Source of the DNA: Thermoplasmata archaeon
GTDB taxonomy: Archaea; Thermoplasmatota; Thermoplasmata; Lutacidiplasmatales; UBA184
DNA: 64,000 nt
Reading direction: 5' to 3'
Assembly (NCBI GenBank): GCA_035623855.1
Contig: DASPSQ010000004.1
Location: forward strand, 1,474-65,473
The translations under genes and the position numbers were made by a program. Positions 44,301-53,306 of the stretch are shown here, one piece after another. Each line of letters opens with the position of its first letter. The stretch's first letter is position 1. The notes below the pieces were generated by a model. It had not been told where the DNA came from, made no database searches, and saw only the letters and a list, made by a program, of their open reading frames with translations.

Positions 44301-45740
44301 TCAGCTCGGACCCGAGAACTCCCACCGGGTCCCCGACGCGTCGTCTTCGAGCCGGATCCCGGCCCGGCGCAGCTCCTCCCGGATCCGGTCGGCCTCGGCA
44401 AAGTCCCCCCGCGCCCGGGCGCGGGCCCGCGCGGCGATCGCGATCGGCACGACCGCCGCCCAGGCGCCCGCGCGGCCGGTCGGCTCCCGCACGAACAGTC
44501 CGAGGGTCTCCTCGCCCCACGCGTACGGCGCCCGAAGCGCATCGAGCGCATCGCCGGAGTACGAGGGCAGCTGATCCTGCAGATCGAGGAGCTCCCGAGT
44601 CCAGCCGAAGAGGAGAGCGATCGCCTCGCGGGTGTTGAAGTCGTCGGCCAGGATGGTGTCGAGTCGCTCGACCAACGCGTCCGAGCGCGCCGCGAGCTCC
44701 TCGGGGAGGTCGCGACCGGGCCGGTCGCGGCCCTCGCGTTCGAGCATCTCGGCGATGCGATCTGCGGGCAGGGACAGCCGTCCGTACGCCTCGCGCGCTT
44801 CTTCGAGGCTCTTCCCTCGGACGAATTCGAGCGGGCTCCGATACTGGGCGTTGAGATAGAAAAACCGGAGCACCATCGGGCCGAATTCGTCGAGGGCGGT
44901 GTCGAGGCCGTAGACGTTGCCGAGCGACTTCGACATCTTCTCTCCCCCCATGTTCAAGAGCCCGCCGTGCATCCAGTAGTTGACGAGGGGAGACTCGCCC
45001 GTCGCGGCCTCGGCCAACGCGATCTCGGACTCGTGGTGCGGGAAGATCAGGTCGAGTCCGCCTCCGTGGAGGTCGTACCGGGACCCGAGCAAGCGAAGGG
45101 TGATCGCGGTGTCCTCGATGTGCCAGCCGGGACGCCCGGGTCCCCAAGGGCTCTCCCAGCTCGGCTCTCCCGGCGTCGCGGCCTTCCAGATCACGAAGTC
45201 TTCCGGCGAACGCTTCGCCGGATCGATTTCGACGCGCGCCCCGGGACGGAGCGCTTCGGTCCTCTGGCCGGAGAGCGTCCCGTAGGAGGGAAACCGGGAG
45301 AGATCGTAGTAGACCGATCCCGAGCTCGCATAGGCATTTCCCCGGTCGATCAGCAGCTGGATCTGCGCCAGGATCTCCGGGACGTAGTCGGTCGCACGCG
45401 GGTAGTGGTTCACGGACCGGATGCCGAGCCGCTCCGCGGCCCGGCGCCAGGTCAGGAAGTGATGTTCGGCGAGGGCCAACGGGTCCTCGTCGAGCTCCGC
45501 GGCGCGGTCGATGATCTTGTCATCGAGGTTCGTCACGTTCTGCACCGAGAAGACCCGATACCCCCACCGGCTCAGGGCCCGGGCGACGACGTCGAAGAAG
45601 ACGAACGTTCGGGCGTGACCGATGTGCGGCTCGTCGTACGGCGTCAGGCCGCAGACGAACAGCCCGACCCGAGGGGGCTGGATCGGCGCGAAGACCCGAA
45701 CCGATCGGCTCAGCGAATCGTAGACCGTCACCCGGCGCAT
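44301..45740 (-). CDS. cysS: Cysteine--tRNA ligase
   Basis: PHIGHARTF (HIGH), KMSKSLGN (KMSKS), WHIEDTA. Confidence 0.93.
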   Translation of the reverse strand: MRRVTVYDSLSRSVRVFAPIQPPRVGLFVCGLTPYDEPHIGHARTFVFFDVVARALSRWGYRVFSVQNVTNLDDKIIDRAAELDEDPLALAEHHFLTWRRAAERLGIRSVNHYPRATDYVPEILAQIQLLIDRGNAYASSGSVYYDLSRFPSYGTLSGQRTEALRPGARVEIDPAKRSPEDFVIWKAATPGEPSWESPWGPGRPGWHIEDTAITLRLLGSRYDLHGGGLDLIFPHHESEIALAEAATGESPLVNYWMHGGLLNMGGEKMSKSLGNVYGLDTALDEFGPMVLRFFYLNAQYRSPLEFVRGKSLEEAREAYGRLSLPADRIAEMLEREGRDRPGRDLPEELAARSDALVERLDTILADDFNTREAIALLFGWTRELLDLQDQLPSYSGDALDALRAPYAWGEETLGLFVREPTGRAGAWAAVVPIAIAARARARARGDFAEADRIREELRRAGIRLEDDASGTRWEFSGPS

Positions 45741-45741
45741 A

Positions 45742-46884
45742 TCACGCTCCTCGCAGCGCGGCGCGGACGTCGTTCGCGAGGTCGGCCGGGTCCTCGATCC
45801 CGCACGAGATACGGACGAGACCCTCCGTCACTCCGTGGGCCTCTCGCTCCTTGCGGGGAACGCTCGCATGGGTCATCGACGCCGGATGGTCCACCAGCGA
45901 TTCGACTCCCCCCAGGCTCTCCGCGAGCGTGAAGATCTTGAGACGCCGCATGAACGCGATGGCGGCTCGCCGGCCGCCGGCGAGATCGACGCTCACGATT
46001 CCCCCGAAGCCGGACATCTGCCGGCGGGCCAGGCGGTGCTGCGGGTGACCGGGGAGTCCGGGATAGTGGACCGCTCGGACGCGTCGGTGCCCGTCGAGCA
46101 CTTCCGCCACGGCTCGCGCGGACTCACCGTGCGCGCGCATCCGGACCCCCAGCGTGTGAAGGCCCCTCAAGACGAGGAAGCTGTCGAACGGACTCGGGAC
46201 CGCGCCGATCGCGTTCTGCAACCAGGCGAACCGCTCCATCGCACGTCGAGATCGGACGGCGAGCGCGCCTCCGATGATGTCGGAGTGTCCGCCCAGGTAC
46301 TTGGTGGTCGAGTGCAGGACGATGTCAGCGCCGAACTCGATCGGTCGCTGGAGCGCCGGGGTCGCGAAGGTGTTGTCGACCGCCAGCCGGGCGCGCGCGG
46401 TGTGCGCCAGCTCCCCGACCGCGCGAAGGTCCACCAGCCGGAGCAAAGGGTTGGTGGGGGTCTCGACGTACACGAGGTCCGCCCGTTCGCGAAGGGCCGA
46501 TCGAAGGTTTGCCGGGTCTGTCATATCGACGTAATCGATCCGGACCCCGAACTGGCGGCGATGATGCTCAAAGAGGCGCCACGTTCCACCGTAGAGGTCG
46601 TCGACCGAGACGATGCGGCTGCCCGTGGGGAAGGCGGAAAGGAGGGTGGCGAGTGCGCCAAGGCCGGAAGCGAATGCGAGTCCTCCCGCGCCGGACTCGA
46701 GGGAACCGATCGCCGCTTCGAGGACCGCGCGAGTCGGGTTCCCGGACCGGCTGTAGACGAACCCCTGGTTGCGGTCCGGGGCGAGCTGGCGGAACGTGCT
46801 CGAGAGGTAGATCGGCACGTTCACCGCTCCCGTGAGCGGGTCCGGCGGCTGGCTCTCGTGGATGAGGCGAGTGTTAAACCGCAT
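45742..46884 (-). CDS. Cys/Met-metabolism PLP enzyme (cystathionine gamma-lyase / gamma-synthase / beta-lyase family)
   Basis: YSRSGNPT, DNTFATP and HSTTKYLGGHSD (PLP-Lys) motifs. Confidence 0.85.
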   Translation of the reverse strand: MRFNTRLIHESQPPDPLTGAVNVPIYLSSTFRQLAPDRNQGFVYSRSGNPTRAVLEAAIGSLESGAGGLAFASGLGALATLLSAFPTGSRIVSVDDLYGGTWRLFEHHRRQFGVRIDYVDMTDPANLRSALRERADLVYVETPTNPLLRLVDLRAVGELAHTARARLAVDNTFATPALQRPIEFGADIVLHSTTKYLGGHSDIIGGALAVRSRRAMERFAWLQNAIGAVPSPFDSFLVLRGLHTLGVRMRAHGESARAVAEVLDGHRRVRAVHYPGLPGHPQHRLARRQMSGFGGIVSVDLAGGRRAAIAFMRRLKIFTLAESLGGVESLVDHPASMTHASVPRKEREAHGVTEGLVRISCGIEDPADLANDVRAALRGA

Positions 46885-48274
46885 CCGTACCTCCCATCTC
46901 GGACAAGTACCCGACGAGATCGTGTCGGGTCAAGACCCCGACCGGGGCGTCCGTTGTCGAATCCCGGACGAGGAGCGTGCCCTCCTCCTTGAACCGATGG
47001 AGCACCTCCGAGACCGGCGCGTCGGCGGAGACCTCCGGGAGTGGCGGTGAGAGTGCCTGGCGGACGGAGCGGTCGAGGACCGTCTCGTCGATCAGGCCGG
47101 CGTGAAGGATGTGGTCCTCCTGGACCGTTCCGACCGAGGTGGTTCCTGAAAGGACCGGCAGCACCGCGAACCCATGTTGTCGGAGGAGTGCGAGGGCGTC
47201 CCGCACGACGGTGGTGGGCTCGACCGCGACGAGCGCCGGGACGGCACCCTTCCGCCCGACCAGCTCCCGGGCGGTCGCTCCGACGTCGAGGAACCCTTTC
47301 TCGCGCATCCAGTCGTCCGAGTAGAACTTCGTCAGGTACCGGTCTCCCGAGTCCGGCAGAAGGACGACCACGGCGGCGCCGTCAGGGAGGGGGCGCTTTG
47401 CGAGCCACTTCAGCGCTCCCGCGACCGCCGAGCCCGACGATCCTCCCACGAAGAATCCCTCGTCCCGTGCGAGGCGACGCGCCATCTGGAACGACTCCCG
47501 GTCGTTGACCTCCACGAACTCGTCGAGGAACTCGAAGTGGATCGACCCGGGGACCATGTCCTCCCCGATCCCTTCGACTTGGTACGGGACCGCCTTGCCG
47601 GTCGTCCCCGTCCGGAAGAACCCTCCCAGCACCGATCCCTCGGGGTCGACCGCGACGATTCGGACCGACGGCCGATGCTCCTTGAAGTACCGGCCCACCC
47701 CGCTCATCGTTCCTCCCGTGCCGACCGTCCCGATCACCGCCCCGAGCCCCGGCCCCGCATCCCGGTCGATCTCGGGCCCGGTGGTCCGGTAGTGGGCGTC
47801 GGGGTTCCCCTGATTCTGATATTGGTTGGGGTAGTACGCGCCCGGAATCTCCCGGGCGAGCCGCTGGGCGACGGAATAGTGACTCATCGGGTGCTCTGGA
47901 GGCACGCCCGAGGGAGTGACGACGACGCGAGCCCCGTACGCGCGGAGAAGGCGGATCTTCTCCGAGCTCATCTTGTCCGGGATGACGAACACGGTGCGGT
48001 ACCCCCGTACCGCGGCGACCAGCGCGAGGCCCACCCCAGTGTTTCCGCTCGTCGCCTCGACGAGCGTCCCGCCCGGCTTCAGACGCCCGGTGCGTTCCGC
48101 CTCCTCGATCATGCTCGCGCCGATCCGGTCCTTCACCGATCCGCCGGGATTTAGGAATTCCAACTTCGCGAGCACCCGGTACGGCAACCCTTGAGCCACC
48201 CGCCGCAGCGGGACGAGCGGGGTGTTCCCCACGAGGTCGAGGATGCTCCCGAGCACCCGAGGAGTTTCCGGCAT
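46874..48274 (-). CDS. Cystathionine beta-synthase-like protein (PLP cysteine-synthase fold plus C-terminal CBS-domain pair)
   Basis: GNTPLV, NPGGSVKDR, TSGNTGVGLA and GTGGTMSG, followed by two CBS-like repeats in the last 130 aa. Confidence 0.85.
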   Translation of the reverse strand: MPETPRVLGSILDLVGNTPLVPLRRVAQGLPYRVLAKLEFLNPGGSVKDRIGASMIEEAERTGRLKPGGTLVEATSGNTGVGLALVAAVRGYRTVFVIPDKMSSEKIRLLRAYGARVVVTPSGVPPEHPMSHYSVAQRLAREIPGAYYPNQYQNQGNPDAHYRTTGPEIDRDAGPGLGAVIGTVGTGGTMSGVGRYFKEHRPSVRIVAVDPEGSVLGGFFRTGTTGKAVPYQVEGIGEDMVPGSIHFEFLDEFVEVNDRESFQMARRLARDEGFFVGGSSGSAVAGALKWLAKRPLPDGAAVVVLLPDSGDRYLTKFYSDDWMREKGFLDVGATARELVGRKGAVPALVAVEPTTVVRDALALLRQHGFAVLPVLSGTTSVGTVQEDHILHAGLIDETVLDRSVRQALSPPLPEVSADAPVSEVLHRFKEEGTLLVRDSTTDAPVGVLTRHDLVGYLSEMGGTDAV

Positions 48275-48736
48275 GGCGGGCGCGTATCTTGAGGCCGGTT
48301 AAGAGCCTATCCGAATCGTGCGAAGAAAACCCGGAGGGTTGCGGAGGGTGGGTGCCGCACGCCCACGCCGCGCGTGGTATCAAACATGTTCTCACCTGTC
48401 CAACTGGATATCGGTTTTTACTCATTTCGATAAGTTCATCAGTGATGGACACCGAATTGGCGGTCTCGATGCTTTGGCGCGTAGACGCTAGGATTGAAAC
48501 GCGGGCCGCTCGGGGGGCGACTCGTACTTCGGTTGCGGCGAGGGGGCCGGCCGTCCTCGCCGTCGCATAACCCCGGTTTCGGGCGACGACCACCCCGGTG
48601 GCGCTGATGTCGGAGGTTCGCCCTCTGCCGTCTCCGACGGCGACTATTCTACGGGCGAAGGCGGGCGCGACCGTCCGCTGACCCAGCCCCTGCCGGATGC
48701 GTTCAGTACGTACCAGTTCGTTTCGGTCCTCCTCAC

Positions 48737-48757
48737 TTAATAAGGCGGGAACCCGCC
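48737..48757 (+). promoter_or_regulatory. TATA-like TTAATAA followed immediately by perfect inverted repeat GGCGGG-AA-CCCGCC upstream of the BlaI-like gene
   Basis: TTAATAA at 48737-48743. Inverted repeat at 48744-48757. ATG at 48780. Confidence 0.3.
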
Positions 48758-48779
48758 TCCAGCGCACGGATTCAACTGG

Positions 48780-49139
48780 ATGCTCGGCTCTCTTGAAACG
48801 GAGGTCCTCGCCGCGCTCCGCGATCTCGGAGAGGGCCCCGCCCGGGACGTGCGACGGGCGCTCGAACGTCGCGGCGTTCGAGTCGCCTACACCACCGTGG
48901 CGACCACGCTCTCGCGCCTCTTCGACAAGGGACTTGTCCACCGGCGCCGGGAGACTTGTCGCGGCGGGGAGCGGTACGTCTACCGGCCAGCGAACGTCGA
49001 GCAGAAATACCTCCGGAATCTTCTGCGCGGGGTCGTGGAGATGTTCGGCCCGGCAGGGGTCATTCACCTGAACGAGGAGATCGCGAAGCTGGACCCGTCC
49101 CAGGAGCAGGAGCTCCGGCGGCGGCTCCGCCTCGACTGA
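48780..49139 (+). CDS. BlaI/MecI/CopY-family winged-helix transcriptional repressor
   Basis: LETEVLAALRDLGEGPARDVRRAL.....AYTTVATTLSRLFDKGLVHRRRE...YVYRP is the family pattern (penicillinase repressor fold). Confidence 0.72.
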   Translation: MLGSLETEVLAALRDLGEGPARDVRRALERRGVRVAYTTVATTLSRLFDKGLVHRRRETCRGGERYVYRPANVEQKYLRNLLRGVVEMFGPAGVIHLNEEIAKLDPSQEQELRRRLRLD

Positions 49140-49155
49140 TCCCTGGGTCCCGCCG

Positions 49156-50052
49156 ATGGCCGTCGCGGCGCTCTTGTTGAGCTACACGCCCGTGCTCGCC
49201 TGGGTCGCCGTCGGTCTCATCCTTCTCGTCATGTTCCGTCAAGGTGCCTCGCCGACGGTCTTCCGACTCGCCGCCATCTTTCTCGGGACCTGGGCCCTGC
49301 TCGCAACCACCGTGCTGGTCTGGGTACTGAGTCGCGGGGGGACCGCCGGGGTCCTCCGCATCGTCCGCGCACCGCTCTCGCTGTTTCAGGCGGTCCCACC
49401 GACGGTGTGGGTCTGGGGAGCGGTCGGTGCGTTTCTCGTCTTTCTTGTGGCATTCCTCCTGAGCCAGACCGTCGGGCGTGGGTTCATCGCTCTCCTTCGA
49501 CCGACCCCTGTGCCGTTTCCCCCACGACTGCCCATTCCGACGACACCGACGAGCCTCCTGCGGTTCCCCTCCCGCCAATCGGAGGCGTTCACCTTCACCT
49601 TGCTCGAAGTTGGGGGGCCCCGCCGGATCCGTCGGCGCGACGTGATCCTTGTCGCGGACGGCCTTCTCGAGCAGCTCGAGCCCGAGGAGTGGGAGGCGGT
49701 GGTCGCGCACGAGCTCGGCCATCTGCGCGAGCTCGATGGGCGGTACCTCACGTTCATCCGCACGCTCTCCCGCATGATGCGCTGGGATCCGGTCCTCGCG
49801 TACCTGGCCGACTCGCTCACCCGCCGGGAGGAGTACCGAGCCGATCTGGATGCCGTCCAACTCACCGCTCGTCCACGGGCTCTCGCCCGTGCGCTCTACA
49901 AGGCGTCGTTGCAGCCGCCCCGCCGGGCGGGCTCCCTCGCGAGTCTCCTGGGAGTCGGGGGCCGTCGGGGACGTAGGGAAACGGTGGAGCGGATCCGGCG
50001 TCTCGTCGCGCTCGCAGAGAGCGGGCGATTCCCGGAGGATTCCCTTGCCTAG
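49156..50052 (+). CDS. BlaR1-like M56/M48 membrane zinc metalloprotease (no extracellular sensor domain)
   Basis: Three N-terminal TM helices, then EEWEAVVAHELGHLRELD (HExxH...D). Lies 16 nt after the BlaI-like gene. Confidence 0.7.
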   Translation: MAVAALLLSYTPVLAWVAVGLILLVMFRQGASPTVFRLAAIFLGTWALLATTVLVWVLSRGGTAGVLRIVRAPLSLFQAVPPTVWVWGAVGAFLVFLVAFLLSQTVGRGFIALLRPTPVPFPPRLPIPTTPTSLLRFPSRQSEAFTFTLLEVGGPRRIRRRDVILVADGLLEQLEPEEWEAVVAHELGHLRELDGRYLTFIRTLSRMMRWDPVLAYLADSLTRREEYRADLDAVQLTARPRALARALYKASLQPPRRAGSLASLLGVGGRRGRRETVERIRRLVALAESGRFPEDSLA

Positions 50053-50788
50053 GTCGGGTCGCGTCCTCGGGTCCGTGTGGAAAGCGACGACGGTCATCGC
50101 GGCCGTCCTCGCCCTCGTCGGGGTCCCTGGATCGGTACGGGCGGCTCCGTATCCGCCGTTGCCGATCGAGGACGGTCGGGAGCTCGTCGGCAATCTCTCG
50201 GCGCCGTCGCTCGCCGCGGGGGCGAGCGGCAATCTCGATTTCAGTGTCGCGAATCCGCTGGCAGGCCCGATCGATGCCGTCACGCTCACGTTTCAGGTCT
50301 ACGCGTTCAACGCGTTCCCCGGGAATGCGACGTCGACGGTTCCCGTGGCCGGAGCGCCGGTCCTGACGGTCCCCGGTGCCTCCGGTATCTCCGTGAACGT
50401 GAGCGTCCCGAATCTCGAACCCGGCAACGTCTACCGCGGGTCCGTCGGGGTCGTCACGGCCTCGTCTACGCCCGCGGGCACGTTCGCGGTTCGAACGGCC
50501 CTCTCGTTCGATCTTGCCATGAACGGGTCCGCGTACCGGCTCGAGTCGCGGGGCTGGTTCACCGCGGCCGCCTGGACCGCCGCGACGGAGCTCCCGAACG
50601 GAAGCGCGACCCTCAACCTCTCCCGCCTCGGCGTATCGGGCGTGACCCCCGAGACCGCGGTGCTCGTGACCAACCAGAATTGGGACTGGGTCCTGGGGAG
50701 CCTTTTGGCAGCGGCGATCGTACTCGCTGGTGTCGCCGCGTGGATCTACTTCCGCCGGGGACCGGGATCGACGTCGGGCGCCCGGTAA
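50045..50788 (+). CDS. Secreted, sequon-rich protein with signal peptide and C-terminal TM anchor
   Basis: From in-frame TTG 50045 (or GTG 50075): (M)PRSGRVLGSVWKATTVIAAVLALVGVPGSVRA/AP... Sequons include NLS, NAT, NVS, NGS and NLS. C-terminal LGSLLAAAIVLAGVAAWIYFRR. Confidence 0.6.
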   Translation: MPRSGRVLGSVWKATTVIAAVLALVGVPGSVRAAPYPPLPIEDGRELVGNLSAPSLAAGASGNLDFSVANPLAGPIDAVTLTFQVYAFNAFPGNATSTVPVAGAPVLTVPGASGISVNVSVPNLEPGNVYRGSVGVVTASSTPAGTFAVRTALSFDLAMNGSAYRLESRGWFTAAAWTAATELPNGSATLNLSRLGVSGVTPETAVLVTNQNWDWVLGSLLAAAIVLAGVAAWIYFRRGPGSTSGAR

Positions 50789-52047
50789 CCGGCCGGCGCG
50801 ACCCACGCCCCCAGCGCTTTGGGCAGGAGCCGGACGAGCGACGGCGACCGCCGGAGGAGCTCACGGACGACGTGCGTCGGGAAGTCGATGTCCCCGAAGG
50901 CGACGATCGTCGCCCCGAGCTCGGAGGTGCGCAGGGCCGCGACGAGGGCATCGAGGTCCGGATCGCTGAGCCGGGTGAATACCCGGCGCAGATAGAGGGC
51001 ACGACGGAACTCCTCTCCGAACTCCGCCCGCCATGCGCGGTCGTACGCCGCGAGCGACCGCTCCGAGAGGTCGTCGCGTTCGAGCGCGCTGCCGAGGACC
51101 GACGCGGCGAGCTCCGCGCAGCGCATTCCCGTGAAGATCCCCCCTCCCGAGAGCGGCTTCACCTGAGCCGCCGCGTCGCCGACCAGCAGGACCCGCTCCC
51201 CGTGCGTCGCGGGCACTTGCCCGATCGGGATCCCCGAGACGACGTAGCCCGTGGGGTTTCCGAATCCCTCCCCGAAGCGTCGCGCGAGGTAGGAGAGAAG
51301 GCGGGCGAAGTACGTCCGAGCGGGCGTCCCATCCGCGTCGGCCGCGAGCCCCACGCGGGCACCCCCAGCTCCGTCCGGGATCCACCAGCCGAAAAGCCCG
51401 GGAGCGAAGGTTCGGCCGAGATACACCTCGACTCCGCCCGCGTCGCCGAGCCCGCGTGGGAATTCCGCCTCGAACGCCGGAAGGATCTCGACCGGCCGCC
51501 GAAGACGGTAGGCGCGAGCGACGGCGCTCGCGACCCCGTCCGCGCCGATGACAACCCGCGCCGAGATCTCCCGGGCGACCCCGTCCTCGGAGATCGTTCG
51601 AACGACCTCACGCCCGCCGGACGGCGAGAGGCGACGATCGAACCGTTCGGCGGTGCGGAACGTCGCACCGGCGCGAGCGGCCCGGTCCGCGAGGTGGACG
51701 TCGAGCGCCGCCCGATCGATGACGAACGCCCGGGGGTTGGCGGCCCGGAACGTGATCGACCCGAGGCCGGGTCCAAAAACGGAGGCGCCGTTCACCGACG
51801 CCCGGACCATCGAGGTGGAGCCCGCGAGGTCGAGGACCCGCTGCGAAACCAATCCCGCACACTGGACGGGCTGGCCCACGCGTTCGTGCTCCTCGAGCAC
51901 GAGGGTGGTCCATCCCCCTTCGGCGAGTCGGTGGGCCACCGTCGAGCCCGCGGGCCCGGCCCCGACCACGAGCGCGTCGACCGACTCCACGGACCCGGGG
52001 AGGACCGGTGGGGACTTAACGGACGGGCGTCCTACCCCGCCCTCCAC
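50746..52047 (-). CDS. Geranylgeranyl reductase family FAD-dependent oxidoreductase
   Basis: DALVVGAGPAGSTVAHRLAEGGWTTLVLEE dinucleotide motif, LVGDAAAQVKPLSGGGI. Start uncertain (track start overlaps kae1 by 16 nt). Confidence 0.8.
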   Translation of the reverse strand: MEGGVGRPSVKSPPVLPGSVESVDALVVGAGPAGSTVAHRLAEGGWTTLVLEEHERVGQPVQCAGLVSQRVLDLAGSTSMVRASVNGASVFGPGLGSITFRAANPRAFVIDRAALDVHLADRAARAGATFRTAERFDRRLSPSGGREVVRTISEDGVAREISARVVIGADGVASAVARAYRLRRPVEILPAFEAEFPRGLGDAGGVEVYLGRTFAPGLFGWWIPDGAGGARVGLAADADGTPARTYFARLLSYLARRFGEGFGNPTGYVVSGIPIGQVPATHGERVLLVGDAAAQVKPLSGGGIFTGMRCAELAASVLGSALERDDLSERSLAAYDRAWRAEFGEEFRRALYLRRVFTRLSDPDLDALVAALRTSELGATIVAFGDIDFPTHVVRELLRRSPSLVRLLPKALGAWVAPAGYRAPDVDPGPRRK

Positions 52048-53021
52048 GGAGTGGGAACCAGGTCGGTGCGTTGCCTCGGCTCGACCGCGGAATTCTCTAC
52101 TGGTACGACGAGCCCGGATCGCAGTGCGAGGAGCCCGGTCCAGGCGATCATGGCGCCGTTGTCGACGCAGAGCGATCGCGGTGGGGCGAACATCGTTCCG
52201 CCCCGGCCCTCGACCATCGTCCGGACCATCGTGCGAAGCCGCTCATTGCACGCGACTCCCCCACCGAGCACGACGGAATTCCGGCGGCGGTGGGCCAGGG
52301 CCCGCTCGGTGATCTCGGTGAGCATCGCATACGCGGTCACCTCCACGGAGTAGGCGAGGTCGGGCCGTCGCACGCCTTTCGCGTGGAGCGCGAGGGTCGC
52401 GGTGAGGAGCCCCGAGAACGCCACGTCCATCCCGTGAACGGAGTACGGCAGGGGGACGAGTTCTCCGCCCCCGTTCCGCGCCTCGAGCTCGAGTGCGGGG
52501 CCCCCGGGAAACGTCCCGCCGAGCTCGATCCACAGCTTGTCGAGAAAGTTTCCAATCCCGATGTCCAGGGTTTCCCCGAGGACCCGATAGCGGCCCCAGC
52601 CGTGGGCGATCACCTGAGTGTTCCCGCCGCTCGCGTAGAGAAGGAGCGGATCGTCGAGCCCGCTCAGAACCCGCGCGATCTCGACGTGCGCGACGCAGTG
52701 GTTCACCGGGACGAGCGGTCGGTCCCACGCGAGGGACAGCATGCGCGCCACCGTCGCTCCGGCACGGAGGCACGGACCGAGCCCGGGTCCTTGGGCGAAC
52801 GACACTGCGTCGATTTCACGAGGCCGGACGTGGGCGGTCTCGAGCGCCCGGGTCACCAGGTCAGGGAGGACGTCCACGTGGTGGTTTGCTGCCTCCCGGG
52901 GATGGATTCCGCCCTTCGGCGGCCGGTACATGTCCGATGCGAGGCCCAGCACTTCGGCGCCCTCGCCGACGATTCCGACCGAGGCGGTGTGCGCGGTCGA
53001 CTCGATCCCGAGCACTACCAT
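52032..53021 (-). CDS. kae1: tRNA N6-adenosine threonylcarbamoyltransferase Kae1 (no Bud32 fusion)
   Basis: MVVLGIESTAHTASVGIV, VNHCVAHVEI, SGGNTQV and CVDNGAMIA motifs. ATG at 53019-53021. Confidence 0.92.
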   Translation of the reverse strand: MVVLGIESTAHTASVGIVGEGAEVLGLASDMYRPPKGGIHPREAANHHVDVLPDLVTRALETAHVRPREIDAVSFAQGPGLGPCLRAGATVARMLSLAWDRPLVPVNHCVAHVEIARVLSGLDDPLLLYASGGNTQVIAHGWGRYRVLGETLDIGIGNFLDKLWIELGGTFPGGPALELEARNGGGELVPLPYSVHGMDVAFSGLLTATLALHAKGVRRPDLAYSVEVTAYAMLTEITERALAHRRRNSVVLGGGVACNERLRTMVRTMVEGRGGTMFAPPRSLCVDNGAMIAWTGLLALRSGLVVPVENSAVEPRQRTDLVPTPWRAG

Positions 53022-53073
53022 TCTACGGTACCCCCACGCGCGATCCGCCTGCCCGTGGCACCGGCCGACTCTC

Positions 53074-53304
53074 CTATTCCTCGGACGACTCAATGCGGAA
53101 CTTGACGCGTTTTCCCCGAAGGGCTTCTTGGATTCGATCGGCGAACTCGAGCGCCTCCATCACGCTCGCCGGTCGGCCCCAGTCGTACGCGAAGTCGTAT
53201 CCCTCGGTCTCGGCTCGGAACCCGAGGTCCTCCAGCACCTCCGCCACTTCGGAGTACGGCGCGCCCTCGCTATCGAGCTGAAGAAGAAGGAACGTCTTGG
53301 TCAT
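53074..53304 (-). CDS. 76-aa conserved-looking hypothetical protein (predicted beta-alpha-beta-beta-alpha-beta)
   Basis: MTKTFLLLQLDSEGAPYSEVAEVLEDLGFRAETEGYDFAYDWGRPASVMEALEFADRIQEALRGKRVKFRIESSEE. ATG lies 2 nt after the arcTGT stop. Only the C-terminal part of track ORF 53074..53454 is used. Confidence 0.5.
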   Translation of the reverse strand: MTKTFLLLQLDSEGAPYSEVAEVLEDLGFRAETEGYDFAYDWGRPASVMEALEFADRIQEALRGKRVKFRIESSEE

Positions 53305-53306
53305 GG

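Noticed and set aside
44287-45147. N-terminal extension of ORF 43252..45147 that would fuse about 290 aa onto the MDR dehydrogenase
   Set aside because: The extension overlaps cysS out of frame on the same strand and is Arg/Pro/Gly-rich. The dehydrogenase alignment pattern starts at MRGFGFVEHGG (ATG 44286).
48493-48500. ATTGAAAC, which resembles the 3' end of many archaeal CRISPR repeats
   Set aside because: It is a single occurrence with no repeat-spacer periodicity anywhere nearby, and no cas genes are in the window.
48604-48682. Possible C/D-box sRNA (TGATGT ... CTGA)
   Set aside because: The C box is imperfect, no internal C'/D' boxes are present, and the box spacing of about 75 nt is longer than typical archaeal C/D sRNAs.
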